Shown here: in pieces, positions 43,039 to 51,735 of the stretch
Position numbering within the stretch: the first letter of the stretch is position 1
Layout: every line of letters starts with the position of its first letter
Assembly: GCA_963784675.1 (NCBI GenBank)
Contig: CAWASE010000019.1
Coordinates: forward strand, 1,408-65,407
Source: an uncultured Actinomycetes bacterium
Lineage (GTDB): Bacteria; Actinomycetota; Actinomycetes; Mycobacteriales; SCTD01
Length of the DNA: 64,000 bases
Direction of reading: 5' to 3'
The notes under the pieces: model-generated
Seen by the model: the letters and a program-made list of their open reading frames with translations, nothing else
Database searches by the model: none
What the model was told of the DNA's origin: nothing
Made by a program: the position numbers and the translations under genes

Positions 43039-43263
43039 ATGAAGACCAGCATGCGGGTTGATGTGGCGCACCGCGACGCTCTGGCGGCCATCGCGACGCA
43101 TGAGCTGGGCGGGGCGAGCCTGGACGAGGCCCTGCGCGTGGTGCTGTTCGAGCACCAGACGCGGCGCGCCCTCGCGCGCCTGGCCGCCGACCCGGACGCC
43201 GCAGCCGGCTACGTCGCGGAGGCGGAAGGCTTGGCCGACGTCGACGTCCTGCCTACCGCGTGA
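43039..43263 (+). CDS. type II antitoxin (MazE/RHH-like, family uncertain)
   Basis: 74 aa (MKTSMRVDVAHRDALAAIATHELG...). Its stop overlaps the toxin GTG (GTGA). Alternative starts are ATG 43006 and 43051. Confidence 0.65.
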   Translation: MKTSMRVDVAHRDALAAIATHELGGASLDEALRVVLFEHQTRRALARLAADPDAAAGYVAEAEGLADVDVLPTA

Positions 43264-43601
43264 CAGCACCCCGGCCGCGGCCCTGGCAGCTGTGGTGGAC
43301 AGACTTCGACCCGCAGGTGGGTCACGAGCAGGCCGGCCTACGGCCCGCGGTGGTCGTCGGGACGCAGCTCGCGTGCGAGCTCCCGAACGGGCTCGTGGTG
43401 CTGGCACCGTGCAGCACGACGGACCGTGGCCTGCCCTTCCACCCGGCGCTCCAAGGACTGGACCGGCCGACGTTCGTGCTCTGCGACCAGGTGAAGTCGG
43501 TCAGCGTGCGCCGCCTGGTCCGACCGCACCCGGGTTCGCTGCGCGACGGCGAGATCGCCGCCGTCCGTTTCGCCTTGCGGCAGATGATCGATCTCGGCTG
43601 A
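43260..43601 (+). CDS. MazF/PemK-family toxin (endoribonuclease)
   Basis: 113 aa. PWQLWWTDFDPQVGHEQAGLRPAVVV ... FVLCDQVKSVSVRRL matches the PemK/MazF SH3-like fold pattern. Confidence 0.8.
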   Translation: MTAPRPRPWQLWWTDFDPQVGHEQAGLRPAVVVGTQLACELPNGLVVLAPCSTTDRGLPFHPALQGLDRPTFVLCDQVKSVSVRRLVRPHPGSLRDGEIAAVRFALRQMIDLG

Positions 43602-43612
43602 GCCTGCGCGCG

Positions 43613-43618
43613 TAGCCT
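43613..43618 (+). promoter_or_regulatory. candidate -10 box TAGCCT for a leaderless nucS transcript
   Basis: TANNNT ends exactly 6 nt before GTG 43625, with no SD. Confidence 0.4.
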
Positions 43619-43624
43619 GCCCGG

Positions 43625-44278
43625 GTGCGCCTGGTGATCGCGACCTGCTCGGTCGACTACGTCGGTCGGCTGACCGCGCACCTGCCCAGCGCGACCCGGC
43701 TGCTGCTGGTGAAGGCCGACGGCTCGGTGAGCATCCACGCCGACGACCGCGCCTACAAGCCGCTGATGTGGATGAGCCCGCCGTGCAGCACGCTCGTGCG
43801 TGACGGCATCTGGACGGTGACGAACAAGGCCGGCGAACAGCTCGTCATCACCGTCGAGCAGGTGCTGTCCGACGTCAGCCACGAGCTCGGCAGCGACCCG
43901 GGGCTGGTCAAGGACGGCGTGGAGAAGCAGCTGCAGGCGCTGCTGGCCGACCAGTGCCACGTGCTGGGGGAAGGCTTCACCCTGGTGCAGCGCGAGTACT
44001 TCACCGACATCGGCCCCGTCGACCTGCTGTGCCGCGACGGCGCGGGTGCGCACGTGCTCGTGGAGATCAAGCGGCACGCCGAGATCGACAGCGTCGAGCA
44101 GCTCACCCGCTACCTGCAGCGGGTGTCGACGGTGCTCGGCGACGTCCAGGGGGTGCTGGCGGCGCAGAGCTTCAAGCCGCAGGCCAAGGTGCTGGCCGCC
44201 GACCGCGGGATCACCTGCGTCCAGGTCGACTACGACGCCCTCCGCGGCCTCGAGTCGAGCACCCCGACGCTGTTCTGA
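43625..44278 (+). CDS. nucS: endonuclease NucS (EndoMS, non-canonical mismatch repair)
   Basis: 217 aa. [21 protein letters not shown] ... [28 protein letters not shown] (PD-(D/E)xK core). Confidence 0.92.
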   Translation: MRLVIATCSVDYVGRLTAHLPSATRLLLVKADGSVSIHADDRAYKPLMWMSPPCSTLVRDGIWTVTNKAGEQLVITVEQVLSDVSHELGSDPGLVKDGVEKQLQALLADQCHVLGEGFTLVQREYFTDIGPVDLLCRDGAGAHVLVEIKRHAEIDSVEQLTRYLQRVSTVLGDVQGVLAAQSFKPQAKVLAADRGITCVQVDYDALRGLESSTPTLF

Positions 44279-44362
44279 GACCCGTCAGCAGCCGTGCGGC
44301 AGCGGCCTGGGACACTGGCGTACCCGCCGTGCCCGGCGGGAGAGGCGACGAGGGGAAGCACA

Positions 44363-46138
44363 GTGGCGCGGGAGTTCCGCAAGGTCGGCGTGGTCGGGCT
44401 CGGCACGATGGGGGCCGGCATCGCCGAGGTCCTGGCCCGGTCCGGTATGGACGTCGTGGGGATCGAGCACGACCAGGCCAGCCTGGAGCGCGGGCAGGGC
44501 CACCTGGCCGCGAGCACCGGTCGGGCCGTCAGCCGGGGCAAGCTCTCCCAGGAGGACGCCGACGCGCTGCTGGCGCGCATCAGCACCGGCACCGAGCTGT
44601 CCGCCGTGGCCGACTGCGACCTGGTCATCGAGGCCATCCCCGAGCGGATGGAGCTCAAGGCCGCGCTGTTCGCCGAGCTCGACACCCTGCTGGCTCCCGA
44701 TGCCGTCCTGGCCACCAACACCTCGGCGCTGTCGGTGACCGAGCTGGCCACCGGTACCAACCGCCCGAGCAAGGTGCTGGGTCTGCACTGGTTCAACCCG
44801 GCGCCGGTCATGGGCCTGGTCGAGGTCGTGCGCACCGTGGTGACCGACCCGTCGGTGGTCGAGGACGTGCAGGCGCTGGTGGAGCAGGTCGGCAAGACCG
44901 GCGCCACCGCCGGCGACCGCGCGGGCTTCATCGCCAACGCGCTGCTGTTCGGCTACCTCAACAACGCGCTGCGCATGTACGAGGCGCGCTACGCCAGCCG
45001 CGAGGACATCGACGCCGCGATGCGCTTCGGCACGGGGCACCCGATGGGTCCGCTCGCGCTGCTGGACCTCATCGGGCTGGACAGCGCCTACGAGATCCTC
45101 GAGACGATGTACAGCCAGTCGCGCGACCACCGGCACGCGCCTGCGCCGCTGCTGAAGCAGTACGTCACCGCCGGTCTGCTGGGGCGCAAGAGCGGGCGCG
45201 GCATCTACACCTACGCCGGCCCCGACTCGCCCGAGGTGGTCGCCGACGACACCACGCCCGGCGCGTCCACGGCCACCCCGCGCACCGTGCAGCGCATCGG
45301 GGTCATCGGCACCGGCACCATGGCCAGCGGCATCGTCGAGGTCTGCGCGAAGAGCGGCTACGACGTCGTCTTCCGGGCGCGCGGCGACGACAAGGTCGCT
45401 GCCGTGCAGAAGAAGATCGAGGGCTCGCTGGACAAGGCGCTGCAGCGCGGCAAGCTCACCGAGCAGGCCAAGGCCGACACGCTCGCCAAGATCACCGGCA
45501 CCACGTCGCTGGACGACCTGGCCGACTGCGACCTCGTCATCGAGGCCGTCGTGGAGGACCTCGCCATCAAGAAGGCGCTGTTCGGCGCGCTCGACGAGGT
45601 GCTCAAGCCCGGCGCGATCATGGCCACCACCACCTCCTCGCTGCCGGTGATCGAGTGCGCGCAGGCCACCTCGCGCCCGGCCGACGTCGTCGGCATGCAC
45701 TGGTTCAACCCGGCCACCGTCATGAAGCTGGTCGAGGTCGTGCCGACCGTCACGACGGCCGACGACGTCGTCGCGACCATCCTGGAGGTGTGCGCGACGA
45801 CCAAGAAGCACGCTGTGCTCTGCGGCGACCGGGCCGGCTTCATCGTCAACGCCCTGCTGTTCCCCTACCTCAACGACGCGGTCAAGATGCTCGAGGCGCA
45901 CTACGCGACCACCGACGACATCGACTTCGCGATGACCAAGGGTTGCGGCCACCCGATGGGCCCGTTCGCACTCATGGACGTCGTCGGGCTGGACGTCACG
46001 CTGGCGATCCAGCGCACGCTGTTCGAGGAGTTCCGCGAGCCCGGTGACGTCCCCGCGCCGATGCTCGAGCACCTGGTCCGCGCCGGGTACCTCGGGCGCA
46101 AGACCGGCCGCGGGTTCCGCGACTACTCCAAGCGCTAG
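44363..46138 (+). CDS. tandem-duplicated 3-hydroxyacyl-CoA (3-hydroxybutyryl-CoA) dehydrogenase
   Basis: GTG 44363 with GAGGGGAAG upstream. Two complete modules, each with a Rossmann start (VGVVGLGTMGAGIA; IGVIGTGTMASGIV), TNTSALSV/TTTSSLPV, HWFNPAP/HWFNPAT and GHPMGP motifs. 591 aa. Confidence 0.85.
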   Translation: MAREFRKVGVVGLGTMGAGIAEVLARSGMDVVGIEHDQASLERGQGHLAASTGRAVSRGKLSQEDADALLARISTGTELSAVADCDLVIEAIPERMELKAALFAELDTLLAPDAVLATNTSALSVTELATGTNRPSKVLGLHWFNPAPVMGLVEVVRTVVTDPSVVEDVQALVEQVGKTGATAGDRAGFIANALLFGYLNNALRMYEARYASREDIDAAMRFGTGHPMGPLALLDLIGLDSAYEILETMYSQSRDHRHAPAPLLKQYVTAGLLGRKSGRGIYTYAGPDSPEVVADDTTPGASTATPRTVQRIGVIGTGTMASGIVEVCAKSGYDVVFRARGDDKVAAVQKKIEGSLDKALQRGKLTEQAKADTLAKITGTTSLDDLADCDLVIEAVVEDLAIKKALFGALDEVLKPGAIMATTTSSLPVIECAQATSRPADVVGMHWFNPATVMKLVEVVPTVTTADDVVATILEVCATTKKHAVLCGDRAGFIVNALLFPYLNDAVKMLEAHYATTDDIDFAMTKGCGHPMGPFALMDVVGLDVTLAIQRTLFEEFREPGDVPAPMLEHLVRAGYLGRKTGRGFRDYSKR

Positions 46139-46465
46139 ATGCCGTCGGGCTCGCGTCGCTCCGCGATGCGCGCCGCTGCCCTGGACGCCCTCAAGCACGA
46201 CGAGGAACCCGCCGGCCGGCACGTGCCGGCGGGGGAGCGCGTCGAGGACGGCCATGTCGTCCGCGCCGTGGCCGGGACTGCGTCGGCCCGGCCCTACCGC
46301 TGCCCGGGCTGCGACCACGAGCTGCCCTCCGGCTCGCCGCACGTGGTCGTCTGGCCCGAGGGCCGGCCGGACGACCGCCGGCACTGGCACACCCCCTGCT
46401 GGGCCGCCCGTGGCCGGCGCGGCGTCAAGGTGCACCGGTCCAAGAACGCCCCCCGCTACGGCTGA
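46139..46465 (+). CDS. hypothetical Cys/His-containing (zinc-ribbon-like) protein
   Basis: ATG 46139 directly abuts the upstream TAG. 108 aa. RPYRCPGCDHELPSGSPHVVVWPEG...RRHWHTPCW. High GC3. Confidence 0.5.
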   Translation: MPSGSRRSAMRAAALDALKHDEEPAGRHVPAGERVEDGHVVRAVAGTASARPYRCPGCDHELPSGSPHVVVWPEGRPDDRRHWHTPCWAARGRRGVKVHRSKNAPRYG

Positions 46466-46486
46466 CCCGCCTTCCCGAAGGAGAAC

Positions 46487-47251
46487 ATGATGAGCTTCGA
46501 CCTGACCGGACGCACCGCGCTGGTGACGGGTGCTTCTCGCGGCATCGGGCGTGCTGTCGCGCTGGGGCTGGCGCAGGCCGGTGCCGACGTCGCGCTGTCT
46601 GCGCGCGACGAGGCGCTGCTCGCCGAGGTCGCCGCCGAGGTCGAGGCGCTCGGCCGCCGGGTGGTGGTGCTGCCCGCCGATGTCACGGACGCGGACGCCT
46701 GCCACCGACTGGCGGCCGACGCGATCAGCGGGCTCGGCCACCTGGACGTGCTGGTCAACAACGCCGGCGGCTCCTCGTTCATGGGGCCCTTCACCGACCT
46801 GCGCTTTCGCGGCTGGGAGAAGGTCATGCGGCTCAACGTCGACTCCGTGGTGCACCTGTGCCAGGCGGTCGGGCGGCACCTGATCGAGCGGGGCAGCGGC
46901 TCGGTCATCAACGTCGCGTCGGTGGCAGGGCTGGGCGGGACACCGGCGCTGGCGCCGTACGGAGCGAGCAAGGCGGCGGTGATCTCGCTGACCCGGTCGC
47001 TGGCGCTGGAGTGGGGGCCGGCCGGTGTGCGCGTCAATGCCCTGTGCCCGGGCTGGACGAAGACCGACCTCAACAGCGACCTGTGGGGCGACGAGGCGCT
47101 GGGCGCCAGCATGGTCGAGCCGACGGCGCTCAAGCGCTGGGCCACCGCGCAGGAGATGGTGGGGCCGGTCGTGTTCCTGGCCTCGGACGCCGCCAGCTAT
47201 CTCACCGGCCAGGCGTTGGTCGTCGACGGGGGGCAGACGGCAGGCGCCTAG
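46487..47251 (+). CDS. short-chain dehydrogenase/reductase (FabG-like)
   Basis: AAGGAG upstream. TGASRGIG cofactor motif, NNAG, and catalytic YGASKAA. 254 aa. Confidence 0.88.
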   Translation: MMSFDLTGRTALVTGASRGIGRAVALGLAQAGADVALSARDEALLAEVAAEVEALGRRVVVLPADVTDADACHRLAADAISGLGHLDVLVNNAGGSSFMGPFTDLRFRGWEKVMRLNVDSVVHLCQAVGRHLIERGSGSVINVASVAGLGGTPALAPYGASKAAVISLTRSLALEWGPAGVRVNALCPGWTKTDLNSDLWGDEALGASMVEPTALKRWATAQEMVGPVVFLASDAASYLTGQALVVDGGQTAGA

Positions 47252-47270
47252 GGCTGCGCCCGGTGCCGGG

Positions 47271-48620
47271 TCACAGCTGGTCCTGTCGTGGGGCGATGAC
47301 CTCCTGCAGCACCAGCTGCACAGCGGCGGCGATGGGGATGGCCAGCAGTGCGCCGAGCACCCCCAGCAGCGATCCCCCGATCAGCACCGCGACCACGGTG
47401 GCGGCGGGGGAGACGTCGACCGAGCGCTTCATGATGCGCGGGTAGAGCAGGTAGTTCTCCAGCTGTTGGTAGACCAGGTAGAAGCCGCCCACGATCAGCC
47501 CGGTGCGGACCGAGGTGAACAGGGCGACCGCGGTGACGATGGCGGCGCCGATCGTCGCGCCGACGAGCGGGATCAGGTCGGTGACGAACACGACGGTGGC
47601 CAGGGCGAGCGGGTAGTCGACGCCCAGCACGAGCAGCAGGACGTACGTCGTGCCGGCGGCGATGAGCGCGATGGTGAAGGCGCCGGCGACGTAACCGCCG
47701 ACGCGGGAGAGGATCTCGTCAGCCAGCAGGCCGACCCGTGCGCGCCGGCTGCGGGGGACCAGCCGGTAGGCGTTGGCCTTGATCGCCGGCAGGCTGGACA
47801 GGAAGTACAGGGTGAGGATGAGCAGCGTCAGGGCGCTGAACAGGAACCCGAAGACGAACTTGCCGACGCCGAGCACCCCGCCGGCGGCAGTGACCCCGAG
47901 CTTCTGCGGGTCGTTCAGCAGGGCCTCGAGCCGGGTCAGCAGCCCGAAGCGCTGGTCGAACTCGGCGATGCGGGTGTTGTCCTGCAGCTGTTGCAGGTAG
48001 CCGGGCGCGGCGTCGACGAAGGCCTGCGACTGGGTGGCGATCGGCGGCACGACGGCGAAGCCGACGCCGACGAAGAACAGCAGCACCGCCACCAGCACGA
48101 TCCCGACGGCGCGGCCGCGCTTGACCCCGTGCCGGACGAAGAAGTCGACCGCGGGCGACAGCCCGATGGCCAGGAACGCCGCAGCCAGCAGCAGCACCAG
48201 CACCGACTGCACGGCGATGAGCGCGCGCACCAGGCTGTAGGCCAGAGCCACCCCCAGCGCAGCGGTGAAGGCCAGCCGGAACGGGCTGCGCGAGGCCAGC
48301 GGGCGACCCGGCCGTCCGAACGGGTTCTCCTCGTCGACCCGGGCCTCCAGCCGCCGCGCCGCCGTGTCGAGGACGGGATCGTCCGCCGGGACGACGAGCG
48401 ACGCGGCCTCCAGCGCCGCGGTGCCCGCCTCGAAGGCTCCTGCCTGCGCCTGCTGCGCGTCGTCGCGGGCCTGCTCGGCATCGGCGCGCGCCTCCTGCGC
48501 GTCGTCGCGCGCGGACTCGGCCCGCCCCGCGGCCGCCTCGACGGTCGCTGAGGTCGAGGTGTCCTCATCGGGCGGCTCGGTGGCCGGCCCCGACGGTCGC
48601 TCGGGAGGGGCCTCAGTCAC
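47271..48620 (-). CDS. AI-2E family transporter (PerM/UPF0118) with a disordered acidic N-terminal extension
   Basis: Polytopic core (FLAIGLSPAVDFFVRHGVKRGRAVGIVLV ... LIPLVGATIGAAIV). Preferred start GTG 48620, 2 nt after the upstream stop. The longest ORF starts at 48677 and would overlap the upstream gene by 65 nt. Confidence 0.8.
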   Translation of the reverse strand: MTEAPPERPSGPATEPPDEDTSTSATVEAAAGRAESARDDAQEARADAEQARDDAQQAQAGAFEAGTAALEAASLVVPADDPVLDTAARRLEARVDEENPFGRPGRPLASRSPFRLAFTAALGVALAYSLVRALIAVQSVLVLLLAAAFLAIGLSPAVDFFVRHGVKRGRAVGIVLVAVLLFFVGVGFAVVPPIATQSQAFVDAAPGYLQQLQDNTRIAEFDQRFGLLTRLEALLNDPQKLGVTAAGGVLGVGKFVFGFLFSALTLLILTLYFLSSLPAIKANAYRLVPRSRRARVGLLADEILSRVGGYVAGAFTIALIAAGTTYVLLLVLGVDYPLALATVVFVTDLIPLVGATIGAAIVTAVALFTSVRTGLIVGGFYLVYQQLENYLLYPRIMKRSVDVSPAATVVAVLIGGSLLGVLGALLAIPIAAAVQLVLQEVIAPRQDQL

Positions 48621-49560
48621 GGGGCGGGACGCGCGACGCCGTCCCGGTGGCTGCTGCCGGCGCGGTGCGGCCCGCATTCAGCGGTGCGACGGCTGCGGCG
48701 ACCGTGTCTCGCAGCGTCTGCAGCTGCGCGGAGATCGCATCGCGCTGGCGAGCGAGGTCCTCGACCTCGCGGCGCGCCTCGGCGGTGACGGCCGCAGCCT
48801 CCTTGCGGGCGGTCTCGTGCAGGATCTGTACGTCCTGGCGCGCCTGCGTGGTGACGTTCTCGGCGTCGCGCCGGGCCGAGGCGCGCGTGGAGTCTGCCTC
48901 GCGCTTGGCCGTGGTGAGGGCGTTGTCGACGTCGCGCTTGGCCTGGGCGCGGACGGCCTCGGCGTCGCGCTGGGCCTGCAGGGTGGCTGCCTCGGCGGCC
49001 TCGGTGGCGCGGGTGACCTCCCGCTCGCGGCGGGCCAGGTCGGCGGCCCGCTCGCTGGTCTCCTTCGCGGCCTGCTCCTTCGCCTCGCGGACCAGGCGGT
49101 CGGCCTCGGTCTTCGCCGTCTCCAGGGCTGTGGCCGCCTCCGTGCGGGCGGTCGCGCCCTGCGCGGCGGCGTCGGACAGCGCGTCCTGCCGGATCGCCGC
49201 GGCCTCCTGCTCGGCGAGCGCCAGCATCTGCGCGAGCCGTGCCCCGAGGCGGGTAGCCGTCTCCGGGGTCCCCGCTGCGCGGCGCTCGGCCTCGGCCAGC
49301 TCTTCCAGACCTGCCGCCAGCTGCGCCTGCAGCGCCTCCAGCCGCGCTTCCTGCTCGGCGCGGACGCGGTCCTGCTCGTCAAAGCTGGCCTCGACCCGGT
49401 CGACGTAGTCGTCGACCTCGCGGCGGTCGTAGCCGCTGCCGAAGCGCACGATGTGGAAGGCGGCCGTGGCGCCGTCGGTCTCCAGGTCGACGAGATCGAC
49501 GACCTCGCGCGACTCCGGTCGGGGCTGCTCGGTCTGGGTGTGCACAGGGCTGGCGCTCAT
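48613..49560 (-). CDS. DivIVA-domain coiled-coil protein
   Basis: ATG 49560 (alternatives 49572 and 49614). FGSGYDRREVDDYVDRVE DivIVA N-domain signature, followed by ~230 aa of Ala/Glu/Arg coiled coil. 315 aa. Confidence 0.8.
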   Translation of the reverse strand: MSASPVHTQTEQPRPESREVVDLVDLETDGATAAFHIVRFGSGYDRREVDDYVDRVEASFDEQDRVRAEQEARLEALQAQLAAGLEELAEAERRAAGTPETATRLGARLAQMLALAEQEAAAIRQDALSDAAAQGATARTEAATALETAKTEADRLVREAKEQAAKETSERAADLARREREVTRATEAAEAATLQAQRDAEAVRAQAKRDVDNALTTAKREADSTRASARRDAENVTTQARQDVQILHETARKEAAAVTAEARREVEDLARQRDAISAQLQTLRDTVAAAVAPLNAGRTAPAAATGTASRVPPRD

Positions 49561-49648
49561 GGTCCCTGTCATACCACCGCGCCGACCGTTGCAGGCAGAG
49601 CCGCCGGACGCCACGCCGCAGCGACCCCCGGCGGAACCGGCGGGCCGG

Positions 49649-50986
49649 TCAGACGTCGCGGAAGCGGTTGATCGCCTGCAGGTGCGTGGCCCTGAACTCC
49701 TGGGCGGAGTCCTCGACGCCGAGGCCCTGCTCGGGGGCCAGGCACAGCACGCCGACCTTGCCCTGGTGCAGGTTCTTGTGCACGTCGTAGGCGGCCTGCC
49801 CGGTCTCGGCCAGCAGATAGGTCTTGGACAGCGTGGGGTGGATCAGTCCCTTGGCGATGAGGCGGTTGGCCTCCCAGCTCTCGCGGTAGTTCGCGAAGTG
49901 CGAGCCGACGATGCGCTTGAGGTTCATCCAGAAGTAGCGGTTGTCGTAGGTGTGCATGTAGCCGCTGGTGGAGGCGCAGGTGGTGATCGTGCCGCCCTTC
50001 TTGGTCACGTAGACCGAGGCGCCGAAGGTCTCGCGGCCGGGGTGCTCGAAGACGATGTCGATGTCCTCGCCGCCGGTCAGCTCGCGGATCTTCTTGCCGA
50101 ACCGCTGCCACTCCTTGGGGTCCTGGTTGTGCTCGTCCTTCCAGAACGTGTAGCCCTCGGCGCTGCGGTCGATGACGAGCTCGGCGCCCATGCGGCGCAC
50201 GATCTCGGCCTTCTCGGGGCTGCTGACCACGCAGACCGGGATGGCGCCGCCGTTGAGGGCGTACTGCGTGGCGTAGGAGCCCAGGCCGCCGCTGGCGCCC
50301 CACACGAGCACCGTGTCGCCCTGCTTCATGGCGGCGCCGTTCTTGCTGACGAGCTGCCGGTAGGCGGTGGAGTTGACCAGCCCGGGCGCGGCCGCCTCCT
50401 CCCACGTCAGGTGCGGCGCCTTGGGCATCAGCTGGTTGGCCTTGACCAGGGCCAGCTCGGCCAGGCCGCCGAAGTTGGTCTCGAAGCCCCAGATGCGCTG
50501 CTGCGGGTCCATCATCGTGTCGTCGTGGCCCTGGTGGTCCTCCAGCTCGACGCTCAGGCAGTGCGCGACGACCTTGTCGCCGGCCTTCCACTTGCTGACG
50601 CCGGGGCCGACGGCCAGCACGACGCCGGACAGGTCCGAGCCGACCACGTGGTAGGGCAGGTCGTGCCGCTTGGTGAGCTCGTTCAGGCGCCCGTAGCGCT
50701 CCAGGAAGGTGAACGTCGAGACCGGCTCGAAGATCGACGTCCACACGGTGTTGAAGTTCACCGACGACGCCATGACGGCGACGACCGCCTCGCCCGGGCC
50801 GAGCTCGGGGGTGGCGACCTCGTCCAGGTGCAGGCTCTGCCGGGGGTCCTTGTCGCGGCTGTCCAGGCCGGCGAACATCTCCTGCTCGTCCTTGCGGACG
50901 ACGATGCCGCGATAGCTCTCGGGCAGCGCGAGCCCGGCGACCGCGCCGGTGTCGCCGCTCTGGATGGCCTCGAGGATCTGCTTCAC
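49649..50986 (-). CDS. ccr: crotonyl-CoA carboxylase/reductase
   Basis: 445 aa. LPESYRGIVVRKDEQEMF ... SVNFNTVWTSIFEPVSTF ... RIWGFETNFGGLAELALVKANQLMPKP-type block and GASGGLGSYATQ Rossmann. GGGAG 8 nt upstream of GTG 50986. Confidence 0.88.
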   Translation of the reverse strand: MKQILEAIQSGDTGAVAGLALPESYRGIVVRKDEQEMFAGLDSRDKDPRQSLHLDEVATPELGPGEAVVAVMASSVNFNTVWTSIFEPVSTFTFLERYGRLNELTKRHDLPYHVVGSDLSGVVLAVGPGVSKWKAGDKVVAHCLSVELEDHQGHDDTMMDPQQRIWGFETNFGGLAELALVKANQLMPKAPHLTWEEAAAPGLVNSTAYRQLVSKNGAAMKQGDTVLVWGASGGLGSYATQYALNGGAIPVCVVSSPEKAEIVRRMGAELVIDRSAEGYTFWKDEHNQDPKEWQRFGKKIRELTGGEDIDIVFEHPGRETFGASVYVTKKGGTITTCASTSGYMHTYDNRYFWMNLKRIVGSHFANYRESWEANRLIAKGLIHPTLSKTYLLAETGQAAYDVHKNLHQGKVGVLCLAPEQGLGVEDSAQEFRATHLQAINRFRDV

Positions 50987-51177
50987 GCCTGCTGCTCCCG
51001 GGTGGTTGCGATGGTGGGGGTTGTTGCGGTGGTGACGGCGGAGATTACCGGCCGGTAGCCCTGGGCCGACGGGCGGCTGTCCACAACCTCGCTGGGAGCC
51101 GTTCCGTCCTGGTCCTGCGAGAGCGACGGTGGGAGCCTGACCCCGTGCCTCCTGCCGACCCCGATCAAGGAGCCCGC

Positions 51178-51735
51178 ATGCTCGCCACCCGCCCGCTGCA
51201 GTGGACCGCCGACGACATCCCGTTGCTCGACGACTGGCCCGAGGGCTACCGCTACGAGGCCAGCGAAGGCGTGCTGGAGGTGACCCCGCCGCCGGACGTG
51301 GAGCACGACGACCTGCCGGAGCAGCTCCAGCTCCAGCTCGCGCCGCAGCTACCTCCCGGCTGGCGGGTGAGCCTGGGTCGGGCGGTGCGGTCGGGCACCG
51401 GCTGGCGCATCCCGGACCTGCTGGTCCGCGCCGTGCCGAGCAGCACCGACCGGCGCGACCGCGTGTTCCCCGCTTCCGAGGTGGCGCTGGTCGTGGAGGT
51501 GGAGAGCCCCACCGGGCTGCACCGCGACCGGGTCGTCAAGCACCGCGAGTACGCCGAGATGGGCATCCCAGCCTACTGGCGCATCGAGCGCTCACCAGAG
51601 CTGGCGATCGTCGCCTACGGCCTCGCGGACGGCAGCTACCGGCAGGTGGTGCGCCTCACCGACGGCGCCGCCACCCTGCCCGGACCGGTCCCGCTGTCGG
51701 TCGACGTGCGGCGGCTGGGGCGCCCGGGCCTCTAA
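51178..51735 (+). CDS. Uma2-family (DUF820) PD-(D/E)xK endonuclease-like protein
   Basis: AAGGAG 6 nt upstream of ATG 51178. RIPDLLV ... ALVVEVESP ... KHREYAEMGIPAYWRIE core. 185 aa. Confidence 0.75.
   Translation: MLATRPLQWTADDIPLLDDWPEGYRYEASEGVLEVTPPPDVEHDDLPEQLQLQLAPQLPPGWRVSLGRAVRSGTGWRIPDLLVRAVPSSTDRRDRVFPASEVALVVEVESPTGLHRDRVVKHREYAEMGIPAYWRIERSPELAIVAYGLADGSYRQVVRLTDGAATLPGPVPLSVDVRRLGRPGL

Noticed and set aside
42583-44278. Integrated mobile element (IS or prophage remnant) around the toxin-antitoxin cassette.
   Set aside because: No transposase or integrase ORF, no terminal inverted repeats and no convincing flanking direct repeats were found. Only the truncated queA and a small GC dip support an insertion history.
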